Shown: piece after piece, positions 10,144 through 17,928 of the stretch
Numbering within the stretch: the stretch's first letter is position 1
How the letters are laid out: each line of letters starts with the position of its first letter
IMG/VR virus record: IMGVR_UViG_3300045988_167732
Location: 32,001 to 96,000 of that record
Length of the DNA stretch: 64,000 nt
Source of the DNA: a virus
Direction: 5' to 3' (one strand)
Position numbers and translations under genes: made by a program
The notes under the pieces: generated by a model
Seen by the model: only the letters and a program-made list of their open reading frames with translations
Database searches by the model: none
Told to the model about the DNA's origin: nothing

Positions 10144-11020
10144 TGAATAGAAAGAAGTTTTATATGGATGCCTTTTGGGGGATGGAAATTTAAATATTCA
10201 CAAAAGCGCTAAAAATGCTACTTTTTCTTATACTTGTATTGATAAAGAAACGGTAGAAAAAGTTGCTTCTTATTTTACCAAAGATTTTTTCGGTAAGGTA
10301 TCTTTTTGTTAGTATTTTGACAAAAGAACCAATAAGGTTTATAGTCGTTATACTTATAGAACTTTATCATCTCCTGTTTTAACTGAAGAATATTATAATT
10401 GGTATCCCGATAAAAAGAAAATCATACCAAAAATAAATTTTACTCCCTTGATATGTTATTGGTGGTATATAGGTGACGGATGTTTAGATAAAAGACGTAT
10501 TTTTTTAGCGACAGATTGTTTTCCTAAAAGTAATCTGGAAGAAATCGTTTTGCCTAAATTAAACGATTTTTCACCAAGATTAATTAAAAATGGGAAAGAA
10601 ACTCATTTTAGGACTTGTTTTTCAGTTGAACGGTCTCAAAAATTTTTAGAGTATATTGGTGAATGTACTTTACCACATTTTTCTTATAAATGGGATTTTG
10701 TTCCTTTTGTAAATAATAAATATAATTTTTCAGAAAAAGAATAGAAAAATATTCTTTATTTAGCCAATCAAAATTTATCTCCTTTTTAGATTTCTAAAAT
10801 CATTTAGAAATATAATGTAGATACAATACGTTATTTTTTAAAGCAAAAAGGATTATATTCTCCTAAAGGCAACAAAGGCGCTCATTTGAAAACATTAATT
10901 AAAGAAAAAATTAATTCTCGGTTATCAGTGGAATTGATTTTAAAAGATTTAAATATTACTTTAGAACAATATTAGTATTTTTAGGATTTTGAAAAATTGA
11001 GGAATAAATATGGAATATAA
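10130..11020 (+). CDS. LAGLIDADG homing endonuclease with C-terminal HTH-like tail; needs read-through of 7 in-frame TAG codons
   Basis: Two LAGLIDADG-type motifs (LLGDGNL, WYIGDGCL) lie in one frame interrupted only by TAG. The frame continues past 10744 into LSPFxISKII..DTIRYFLK and ends at TAA 11018. Confidence 0.8.
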
Positions 11021-11834
11021 GACATTAGGTGACAGGATGAAGGGGGCTTATGAAAACAAATATCGTAATTATCTTCCTGAGAATCTTCCTGTTATCATAA
11101 GAGAAGACGGTGCTCATTTTCACAATTTCTGCCGTGGCATGAAGAAACCTTTCGACCCTATTTTTGTTAAAACCATGCAACAGACTATGCTTAAGCTCTG
11201 TGAACTTATTCCTAATGTTAAGTTTGGTTATGTTGAGTCTGATGAAATTTCTCTTGTCATGATTCAAAGTGAAAGAAATTCTCAGCCTTGGTTTGATAAT
11301 AATATTCAAAAGATTGTTAGTACATCTGCGGCTCTTTGCACTCTTTGGTTTAACAATTATTTTGCTGAGAATACTATTATTGATACAACCTTGGATATCT
11401 TTAATATAGACAAAGATTCTTACGATTGGAAAATGGTTCGTAAAGGACAAGAAATGCCTACTTTTGATAGTAGAGTATTTGTGGTCCCTGCCTTTGAAGT
11501 GCATAATTATTTTGTTTGGAGACAGCAGGATTGTACTCGAAATTCTATTCAGGCAGTTGCTCAATCTTTGTATTCTCAAAAAGAACTTCATGGTATTAAT
11601 ACTACCAAATTACAGGATAAGATGTTTACTGAAAAGGGTGTAAACTGGAACGATTATACGACAGTAGAGAAACGTGGTACTTGTGCTTATCGTATTCCTA
11701 CTACTGTTATTGGTAAAGATGGTCAAGAGACTATTCGTTATAAATGGATTCTTGATTATGAAATGCCAATTTTAACAAGTGAAGAAGGTAAAGACTTTAT
11801 TAGTCAGAAGGTATTTACCAATGAGTCTGTTTAA
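11010..11834 (+). CDS. Thg1-like protein (tRNA-His guanylyltransferase / 3'-5' polymerase family)
   Basis: GDRMKxYE, IREDGAHFHNF and FGYVESDEISLV match the Thg1 N-terminal catalytic motifs. Confidence 0.8.
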   Translation: MEYKTLGDRMKGAYENKYRNYLPENLPVIIREDGAHFHNFCRGMKKPFDPIFVKTMQQTMLKLCELIPNVKFGYVESDEISLVMIQSERNSQPWFDNNIQKIVSTSAALCTLWFNNYFAENTIIDTTLDIFNIDKDSYDWKMVRKGQEMPTFDSRVFVVPAFEVHNYFVWRQQDCTRNSIQAVAQSLYSQKELHGINTTKLQDKMFTEKGVNWNDYTTVEKRGTCAYRIPTTVIGKDGQETIRYKWILDYEMPILTSEEGKDFISQKVFTNESV

Positions 11835-12261
11835 AAATATTGCAAGAGCAAAACAATTAATTGATTTTAGTGGTTTGAATGTAAGAGGCACTAAAATTTA
11901 TCCTACAGATACAGATTACTATATGGAATTATGGGATTAGGGCTGTGCTTTAGGAGAGTTTAAATATAATAATAAGCCCATTGAAAAAGGTCAATATCTT
12001 TGTTTATCAAGACATGTCAAAACTTATACAATGGCAGGAAAATTTGCAATGGGGTTTATAGCCGACCACTATGTAAAAGACCCAGAAGATATGGTTCCTG
12101 CGGCAGAATGTTATGTTAGAGAATATTGTTATACAGGTATGTCTTTAAATGATAAAGGAGAGTATGAATTAATTTCTCCTAAGAAACCAACCACTGTAAA
12201 AGAATTACAGGATTGGTTTGTCAGAGAATGTCGATATAGGCGTAGAGTAAGTTTAGATTAA
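11821..12261 (+). CDS. hypothetical protein (1 in-frame TAG)
   Basis: ATG 11821 is in frame with track ORF 12031..12261; only a TAG near 11938 separates them. Confidence 0.7.
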
Positions 12262-12291
12262 ATTATATAAATAAGAAAGGAGATAAGTCCA

Positions 12292-12819
12292 ATGCAGTTT
12301 CAAGTTATGAGTCGTAGAGATTGTGTTAAGTATAGTTATGGTTCTCATGAAGAATCTTCTATTGTAATTAGCATTAACGATTCTGCCGATATTGGAGTGC
12401 GTCAACTTCCTAATAAATTTAATAACATTAAAGCGCAATTATCTCTCTTTTTTGATGACATTCAGCCATATAGAGGTATGAAATACTGGAAGAAAGATGA
12501 AGGCGTAATTATAGAAAATTATACAAACGCAGAGGGGTTTGTATATGAGTCTCGCATGTATCAGCTTATGACTGAAAAAGATGCTAAGAAAATTATTGAT
12601 TTTGTCAATAAATGGTATAATAAAGTAGACAAAATTATTGTACATTGCAATGCTGGAATTAGTCGTTCTTCTGGTGTTTGCGCTGGTATTATGAAATGTT
12701 TTACAGGTGATGATAGTCAGATTTATGATAATCCATATTATCATCCCAATACCTTGTGTTATAATTTAATTTTAAATGAATATTATAAGGAAGGAGGAAA
12801 AAGTAATGGAGACGCTTAA
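12292..12819 (+). CDS. Cys-based phosphatase (PTP/dual-specificity, CX5R)
   Basis: Active-site signature VHCNAGISRSSG. Confidence 0.75.
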   Translation: MQFQVMSRRDCVKYSYGSHEESSIVISINDSADIGVRQLPNKFNNIKAQLSLFFDDIQPYRGMKYWKKDEGVIIENYTNAEGFVYESRMYQLMTEKDAKKIIDFVNKWYNKVDKIIVHCNAGISRSSGVCAGIMKCFTGDDSQIYDNPYYHPNTLCYNLILNEYYKEGGKSNGDA

Positions 12820-13102
12820 TGCAGGTCGAGGAGTATGCGGTATTTGTTCAGGATGTGAAAACGAATTGATTTGCAAATACACAGATGATGTGTTCGAAGC
12901 AGAGAAGGCTTTTAATGAACTCAAGAAAAGTATTAAAGATTATCCTGAGTGCCTTTCTGTAAAACTTTCTTGCAAATATAAGAAGTATGTTACTACCAAG
13001 GCTGACATCTGGGGGTCAGATTGGGCTGGTTCTACTTATACTCGTACAAGTGCAAATTCTAATTTAGATATTACTCCTACATTGAAAAAGTCAGAATTTT
13101 AG
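12806..13102 (+). CDS. hypothetical Cys-rich protein
   Basis: ATG 12806 follows GGAGG; in frame with track ORF 12776. Confidence 0.65.
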   Translation: METLNAGRGVCGICSGCENELICKYTDDVFEAEKAFNELKKSIKDYPECLSVKLSCKYKKYVTTKADIWGSDWAGSTYTRTSANSNLDITPTLKKSEF

Positions 13103-13112
13103 TATTAAACTA

Positions 13113-13141
13113 TTGACAAAATAGTGTTTGTGTGGTAATAT
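13113..13141 (+). promoter_or_regulatory. sigma70-type promoter
   Basis: TTGACA-N17-TAATAT with an upstream TG. Confidence 0.6.
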
Positions 13142-13361
13142 AAATATACAGTTGGTTAATCGGCAGTTACGAGAAGACAAGATAACTCGTAAAGAAATGT
13201 GGTGCAACAGCTTTCTTGTCAAAGTGCCTAATATGTTGCCAAAAGACACCTTGCATCCAACTATAAAATCAAAAGGTAGCGAGTGTATCATTTTAACGGT
13301 TTTGGGTACACATCTAAATAAAACCTTGAGAAAAAAATAAAAAGAAAGTTTTATTAAAGCC

Positions 13362-13390
13362 TTGACAATTTGATGATTGCATGTTATGAT
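13362..13390 (+). promoter_or_regulatory. sigma70-type promoter upstream of tRNA-Leu/Pro
   Basis: TTGACA 13362-13367, N17, TATGAT. Confidence 0.65.
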
Positions 13391-13430
13391 TATCATGTCG
13401 AAAGGGAAAAAGACAAACAATAAAAAATAT

Positions 13431-13516
13431 GCGGGTATGGTGGAATTGGTAGACACACTTGATTTAAGTTCAAATGTCTTGCAGACGTGAGGGTTCGAGT
13501 CCCTCTACCCGTACCA
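13431..13516 (+). tRNA. tRNA-Leu(TAA), class II, CCA encoded
   Basis: Manual cloverleaf: 7-bp acceptor, anticodon loop TTTAAGT, long variable arm, T-loop TTCGAGT. Confidence 0.85.
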
Positions 13517-13606
13517 TTCGCTTTTGCGGAACAAACTTGAGGCGAGGGAAGTTAGAAAACAGTAGTACCTGTACTATGAATTGATTTATAACTCGCCCAC
13601 ATATTT

Positions 13607-13682
13607 CGGGGATTAGCGCAGTTGATAGCGCGCGTGGTTTGGGACCATGAGGCCGGGGGTTTGAGTCCCACATCTCCGACCA
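13607..13682 (+). tRNA. tRNA-Pro(TGG), CCA encoded
   Basis: Manual cloverleaf: anticodon loop TTTGGGA, T-loop TTTGAGT. Confidence 0.8.
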
Positions 13683-13722
13683 TATTTTTTCGAATTTATC
13701 ATAAAAAGTGAGGAAATTAATC

Positions 13723-14034
13723 ATGCAGAAGAGTTGGAATAAGTTTGTAGCTGGTATTCTTGTCGTTGTAATTTTTGTTGTTACGCTGGCATTGTCTGGT
13801 TGTAATAATAGCAAGAATAGTATCGGGGCTGATGTGGATAATGTTCCTGTTGGTTTTACTGATACTGGTTATATGGTAAAGAATGAACAGAATCGTGTTT
13901 ATCATATTGTTTCTGATATGAATGGCTGGCTTTATTATTGTTCTGATGTTGAAGGTAATCTTACTCCTGTTCTAAATGCCTTTGGTACTCCTACTAAGGA
14001 TACTACTCCTTTTGAGGAACTTAATAATGGTTGA
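13723..14034 (+). CDS. putative lipoprotein
   Basis: Signal peptide ending in the lipobox LALSGC. ATG 13723 follows GAGGAA. Confidence 0.7.
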   Translation: MQKSWNKFVAGILVVVIFVVTLALSGCNNSKNSIGADVDNVPVGFTDTGYMVKNEQNRVYHIVSDMNGWLYYCSDVEGNLTPVLNAFGTPTKDTTPFEELNNG

Positions 14035-14389
14035 AAATTATTCTCCTGATGAAAAGTTCCTTACTCAAGAATTTACTCTAAAGAGAGATGAGTTAGGAGA
14101 CTGGCTTACAGACGCAATGTGGGAAGGTCTAAAAGATTGCTTTAGAACTCCTATTTGTGAAGAAATGATTTGTGAGAAAGATGTTGTCTATGAAAGAGTC
14201 GTTGGGCTTGTAAGAACTCTTTATGTTGACCCTGAAAATAATTTTGTAACATTTGAGGGGCTTTTTTGGCCCAAGTATTCTTCTAAAACTAAGGAAGAGT
14301 GGAATAATATTAAGCTTTCAAATGTTTCTTTTTATGTTATAGAAGAAGAAAATCCTACAAAGATTCCTGTGTCTTGTTTTACAGTGTGA
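14027..14389 (+). CDS. hypothetical protein
   Basis: ATG 14027 is in frame with track ORF 13976. The earlier part looks like out-of-frame overlap with the upstream gene. Confidence 0.65.
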   Translation: MVENYSPDEKFLTQEFTLKRDELGDWLTDAMWEGLKDCFRTPICEEMICEKDVVYERVVGLVRTLYVDPENNFVTFEGLFWPKYSSKTKEEWNNIKLSNVSFYVIEEENPTKIPVSCFTV

Positions 14390-14397
14390 GGTAAATT

Positions 14398-14832
14398 ATG
14401 TCTAAGAAGAGTTTTAGATATCGTAATTAGGTTACTTGTCCTCGTTGTCATCAAAGGTATTCAATTAACTCTAATTATGAATGTCCATATTGTCACACAA
14501 AATTCTATGATTTGAGTTTTGTTGATACAAAAACAGAAAATAGCTTACCTGTTTATGTTAGATATAAATGTAATGGGTATACTGGCTTTGCAGAAAATTC
14601 TAAAGAAGAGTATGATGTATTTATTACAGTAGCAACATTAGGGATTAATGTCGAAAACAGTTTAAGTCATAATTATGAAAATTTTTATGGTTTTCGAGAG
14701 GAACTTTGTGGAAAATATTTAAAAACTGTTTCTTTTAATGTAAAAGCTGAAATGGAAGCATTAGCTACTTTGGGAGAAAATGATGAACCTGTTCTCTTTG
14801 TAGCTGAAGCTGTTCCTAAGAAGAAAAAATAA
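14398..14832 (+). CDS. zinc-ribbon protein (1 in-frame TAG)
   Basis: ATG 14398 follows GAGG. CPRC..CPYC lies upstream of track ORF 14512 in the same frame, separated only by TAG. Confidence 0.7.
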
Positions 14833-14837
14833 GGTAT

Positions 14838-14913
14838 GCGTCTATAGTCTAACTGGATAAAACAAATCTCTCCTAAAGATTAGTTCTGAGTTCGAGTCTC
14901 GGTAGGCGTGCCA
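14838..14913 (+). tRNA. tRNA-Arg(CCT), CCA encoded
   Basis: Manual cloverleaf: anticodon loop CTCCTAA. Backbone is similar to tRNA-Arg(TCT) at 26998. Confidence 0.75.
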
Positions 14914-14926
14914 GAAAGGAAAAGAT

Positions 14927-15163
14927 ATGCCTAAGTGGTTGATTATTGCAATTATTTTAATCCTTAATCATATTTTGTGGATTTTCTTTGCTCGTGTAAT
15001 GAAGTGTATCGCAGAAGAAGATGAAGATTATTGGGACTATTCTGACCTACTTGACTCTTTTGGAGCATTTTTCTTTCCCTTATTCGTATTTATTTTTTCT
15101 GCTGCTAAGTTTGTCAGTAGGAAAGCTATTTATTCTGGCAAATTTGATGATAATAAAAAGTAA
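14927..15163 (+). CDS. small membrane protein
   Basis: Two hydrophobic segments. Confidence 0.65.
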   Translation: MPKWLIIAIILILNHILWIFFARVMKCIAEEDEDYWDYSDLLDSFGAFFFPLFVFIFSAAKFVSRKAIYSGKFDDNKK

Positions 15164-15245
15164 AGAAAATAAAAAATTTCTTTTATTAAACACTTGACAG
15201 ATTTAAATATCTGTGTTACCCTATAAGAGAAGTGAGGAACACAAT

Positions 15246-15533
15246 TTGGAACTTTCTAAGAATCCTTCAATTAGATTCCTAACAGTTGTAAATGGTAAGG
15301 CTTGGTGTGATAATGATACCGAAACTAAAAAGTTTAAGTTGACTAATACACCTCCTGAACCTTTAAAAAAAGCTGTAGATATTATTGCAGAAGATTTGGG
15401 GATTGATTTTCCTGTAAGTTCTGCTAACTATGTTGCTAAAGCATATAAAGATTTTCTTGTAAAACATTTTGATTCGTATCATCAGTATTATAAGAAGCTA
15501 CAGGAAAATTCGCAAGAAACAGATAAAGAATAA
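15246..15533 (+). CDS. hypothetical protein
   Basis: TTG start follows GAGGAA. The track start at 15213 falls inside the predicted promoter, so the start is uncertain. Confidence 0.5.
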   Translation: MELSKNPSIRFLTVVNGKAWCDNDTETKKFKLTNTPPEPLKKAVDIIAEDLGIDFPVSSANYVAKAYKDFLVKHFDSYHQYYKKLQENSQETDKE

Positions 15534-15544
15534 AGGAGAAGGTT

Positions 15545-16018
15545 ATGTCAGTGTCTATTATTCAAGGCGATGTCCTTAAGACTTCGGCAAAGTATATTTG
15601 TCATCAGGTTAATACCTTTGGCGTAATGGGCGCTGGTGTTGCTCTTCAAATTAAGAAGAATTATCCTCATGTTTATTTGGAGTATAATAAATTTTGTAGT
15701 TATCATGCTCCTGAAGAGCTTTATGGCAAAGTTCTTCGAATTGAAGAAAATAAAGATAAAGTTTTTCTTAATATGTTTTCTCAGATTGGTATTGGCGGAC
15801 CAAACGTAAACACCAATTATGAATATTTTCATGAATGTCTTCTTAAGATTCGTGAAATGATTCCTATTGGAGAAGAGATTGCTATGCCTTATATGATTGG
15901 ATGTGGTCTTGCTGGTGGAGATTGGTCTATTATTAGCGCAGATATTTCTGACACTTTAGGACTAAGCCATATTGTACGTTTGTATGATTTTAATGGCGTG
16001 ACTTCGGTGAAAAAGTAA
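15545..16018 (+). CDS. macro domain protein (ADP-ribose binding/hydrolase)
   Basis: IQGDVL..ICHQVNTFGVMGAGVA and IGCGLAGGDW are classic macro-domain motifs. Confidence 0.85.
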   Translation: MSVSIIQGDVLKTSAKYICHQVNTFGVMGAGVALQIKKNYPHVYLEYNKFCSYHAPEELYGKVLRIEENKDKVFLNMFSQIGIGGPNVNTNYEYFHECLLKIREMIPIGEEIAMPYMIGCGLAGGDWSIISADISDTLGLSHIVRLYDFNGVTSVKK

Positions 16019-16020
16019 TT

Positions 16021-16494
16021 ATGAAAGTTTGGCTTAAATATATAGATTGTTGGTATGAAGATTGTTCTCTTGATGCTGTAATGACAGAAGAGGCTATGCT
16101 TAAAGATAAACAGAGCTATTATCTTGAAGCGACTGTTAAACTTTCTGAGGATATTAAATATCTTACAAATAAAGTGGAAATTGCTAAAAAAGAAAGACAG
16201 CCTTATATTGAACAGCATAAAGAATATTGTCAGAGAAAGAATGAATTAATTGAATCTTTAGATTCATTAGCAACTCTTTCTGATGACCAGCAAAAGCATC
16301 TTTATATTTTACTTAAAGATGTAAAAGCAAAGTTGCGCAAATATACAAAAGAGATTGAAAGAAAAAGTTTTTATATCAAAGACTTAGAGCGAAAGATTGA
16401 AAAACTCAGAAACCAAACTGAGGAAGAAATTCTTGATTCTTATTTAAGAGAAAATCATATTACTTACGAGAGTTGGGAAGTTCTTGAGCATTAA
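16021..16494 (+). CDS. hypothetical coiled-coil protein
   Basis: 157-aa ORF, charged and helical in composition. Confidence 0.7.
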   Translation: MKVWLKYIDCWYEDCSLDAVMTEEAMLKDKQSYYLEATVKLSEDIKYLTNKVEIAKKERQPYIEQHKEYCQRKNELIESLDSLATLSDDQQKHLYILLKDVKAKLRKYTKEIERKSFYIKDLERKIEKLRNQTEEEILDSYLRENHITYESWEVLEH

Positions 16495-16559
16495 ATATTA
16501 ATGTAGTCTTTGCGAAATGTAGAGCTTGATACCATTCATGCGTGAGTGGTATCATATAT

Positions 16560-16704
16560 GCAGGATTAGTGTTAGCGGTTAGCACGACGGTCTTCCCCTT
16601 TAATAGTTTAATGTAAAACCAATATGAAAATATTGATGTAAGTTCAAATCTTATTTAAAGGTCCAAAACCGTAAGGGCGAGTTCGAATCTCGTATCTTGC
16701 TCCA
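16560..16704 (+). tRNA. tRNA-Gly(TCC) interrupted in the anticodon loop by a 69-nt tRNA-like element
   Basis: Acceptor GCAGGAT/ATCTTGC, D-stem GTGT/GCAC, anticodon stem ACGGT/ACCGT, T-arm GCGAG-TTCGAAT-CTCGT, discriminator T plus CCA. Removing 16597-16665 leaves the loop CTTCCAA. Confidence 0.75.
16597..16665 (+). ncRNA. nested tRNA-like element (acceptor, D-arm, GAAA hairpin, T-arm, TCCA end)
   Basis: CCTTTAA/TTAAAGG acceptor, GTTT/AAAC D-stem, CAATAT-GAAA-ATATTG hairpin, GTAAG-TTCAAAT-CTTAT T-arm, then T-CCA. Confidence 0.7.
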
Positions 16705-16726
16705 TCAAATTTTATTTAATAAACAC

Positions 16727-16755
16727 TTGACAAAGCGTTTGTTAGATGTTATAAT
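16727..16755 (+). promoter_or_regulatory. sigma70-type promoter
   Basis: TTTAATAAACAC upstream, then TTGACA-N17-TATAAT. Confidence 0.7.
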
Positions 16756-16782
16756 TCAAAATGTAAAAAGGAAGTACGAAAA

Positions 16783-17229
16783 ATGACTGATATTACCCCT
16801 ATCGTAGTTGCTGTAATTGGTTTGTGCTCTTTGATTTTTACAGTTGTCCTTATCCCTTATCTCAAGAAGAAGGGTAAGTTGGACGATGTTAATCATGCTC
16901 TTACTCAAGCAGAACTTATTCGTAAGTATGCTTTAATTGCAGTTAAGGCTGCTGAACAGATGTTCCCTCGGGAAATTGAAAAGCGTTTGCAGGAAGCAAC
17001 AAAGTATTTTAATCAGCAGATGGAAGCTCTTGGTATTACTCTTGATGCAGATGAAGTTCGTAAGGCTATTGAAGCCGCTGTTTATGAGGTGAATCGTGAA
17101 CTTCATGATGAAAAGTTGAAGGAGAGCCAGCTTCAGAATAGCAATCCTGTTCCTTCAAATGACAAGATTGATAACACTGGTAATGTTATCCCTGATGAAG
17201 ATACTGTAACTGAAGAAGCAGTAGGCTAA
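16783..17229 (+). CDS. membrane-anchored protein (possible LL-H-type holin)
   Basis: Single N-terminal TM helix, then a long helical charged region. The family assignment is tentative. Confidence 0.45.
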   Translation: MTDITPIVVAVIGLCSLIFTVVLIPYLKKKGKLDDVNHALTQAELIRKYALIAVKAAEQMFPREIEKRLQEATKYFNQQMEALGITLDADEVRKAIEAAVYEVNRELHDEKLKESQLQNSNPVPSNDKIDNTGNVIPDEDTVTEEAVG

Positions 17230-17365
17230 GATAATTTTCCTTTCTTATCTTAATAAATGTGTTGTTGAGACGCAATTACTCAGCGTCTATAAATAAGTTA
17301 AGTAACGTGAGGTTTGTTGGTAAAATACGAAAGTCCTTTTTGGAATGGAAAAACCAATATTATAT

Positions 17366-17443
17366 GGGAGTATAGTTCAACTGGTTAGAATGCCGCCTTT
17401 ACACGGCGGAGGCTTACAGGTTCGAGTCCTGTTATTCCCACCA
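17366..17443 (+). tRNA. tRNA-Val(TAC), CCA encoded
   Basis: Manual cloverleaf: anticodon loop TTTACAC, T-loop TTCGAGT. Confidence 0.8.
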
Positions 17444-17466
17444 TCAGACTTAAATTTAAACAAAAG

Positions 17467-17589
17467 TTGACACTCACAGCAAATTTATTTTATGTTTTTG
17501 GAATAACGTCGTGTAAGGTTCGACTCCTTATTAACAAATCCCTTGAGCAAGGAATAGTTAACCGTAGATGGCTAGAAAAAAAGTGTTAA
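17467..17589 (+). ncRNA. P1/ACAGCAA structured RNA, copy 1 (contains T-arm-like hairpin)
   Basis: TTGACACT..AGTGTTAA closing stem, CACAGCAA after the 5' arm, internal TAAGG-TTCGACT-CCTTA, A-run before the 3' arm. Confidence 0.65.
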
Positions 17590-17602
17590 GATTGCTCATT
17601 AT

Positions 17603-17688
17603 GCAGATATGGAGTAATGGTATCTCACGGCTCTGCTACAGCCGCTTACCGCAAGGTAATACAGGTTCGAATCCTGTTATCTGCGCCA
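17603..17688 (+). tRNA. tRNA-Ser(GCT), class II, CCA encoded
   Basis: Anticodon loop CTGCTAC, long variable arm, T-loop TTCGAAT. Confidence 0.8.
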
Positions 17689-17809
17689 CAGAATTTATTA
17701 TAGCTGCTCGTAATAAATTCGTAGTATTAGAAGCAGTAAAGGTACGAGTATGGTATCCGGCACGGGAATGGTCGTTAAGGGCGAGATAAAGCTGAGCTCC
17801 CTTTTATAT

Positions 17810-17928
17810 CCTCATTAGTGTAATGGTGCATTCTCGTTAACTGATGTTGAGTAAACACTAAGGTAGCTCCTTAGCGATAACAGCCACATTGGGAGAGGAA
17901 GTTGGTTCGAATCCAATTATGGGGTCCA
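17810..17928 (+). tRNA. tRNA-like gene with a ~45-nt insertion in the anticodon region; isotype unresolved
   Basis: Acceptor CCTCATT/TATGGGG (6 of 7 pairs), T-arm GTTGG-TTCGAAT-CCAAT, T-CCA end, candidate anticodon stem TCTCG/TGGGA flanking a 52-nt segment. Confidence 0.4.

Noticed and set aside
10143-10193. Short ORF starting at ATG 10143 (MNRKKFYMDAFWGMEI)
   Set aside because: It stops after 16 codons. The overlapping frame starting at ATG 10130 gives the full LAGLIDADG protein once TAG is read through.
13470-13814. ORFs overlapping tRNA genes or the ncRNA region: 13470..13814(-), 17568..17789, 17973..18215, 18236..18421, 20122..20427(-), 21185..21433, 22220..22417, 22759..22977(-), 25122..25322(-), 44324..44626(-), 44440..44664
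   Set aside because: They run through clear tRNA cloverleaves or GC-rich structured RNA, lack RBSs and have atypical composition. They are treated as non-coding.
17467-17474. P1 5' arm (TAGACN/TTGACA-like) as a promoter -35 element
   Set aside because: Only copy 1 reads TTGACA. No consistent -10 lies 17 nt downstream in the other copies. The covarying NNN with a 3' partner indicates an RNA helix instead.
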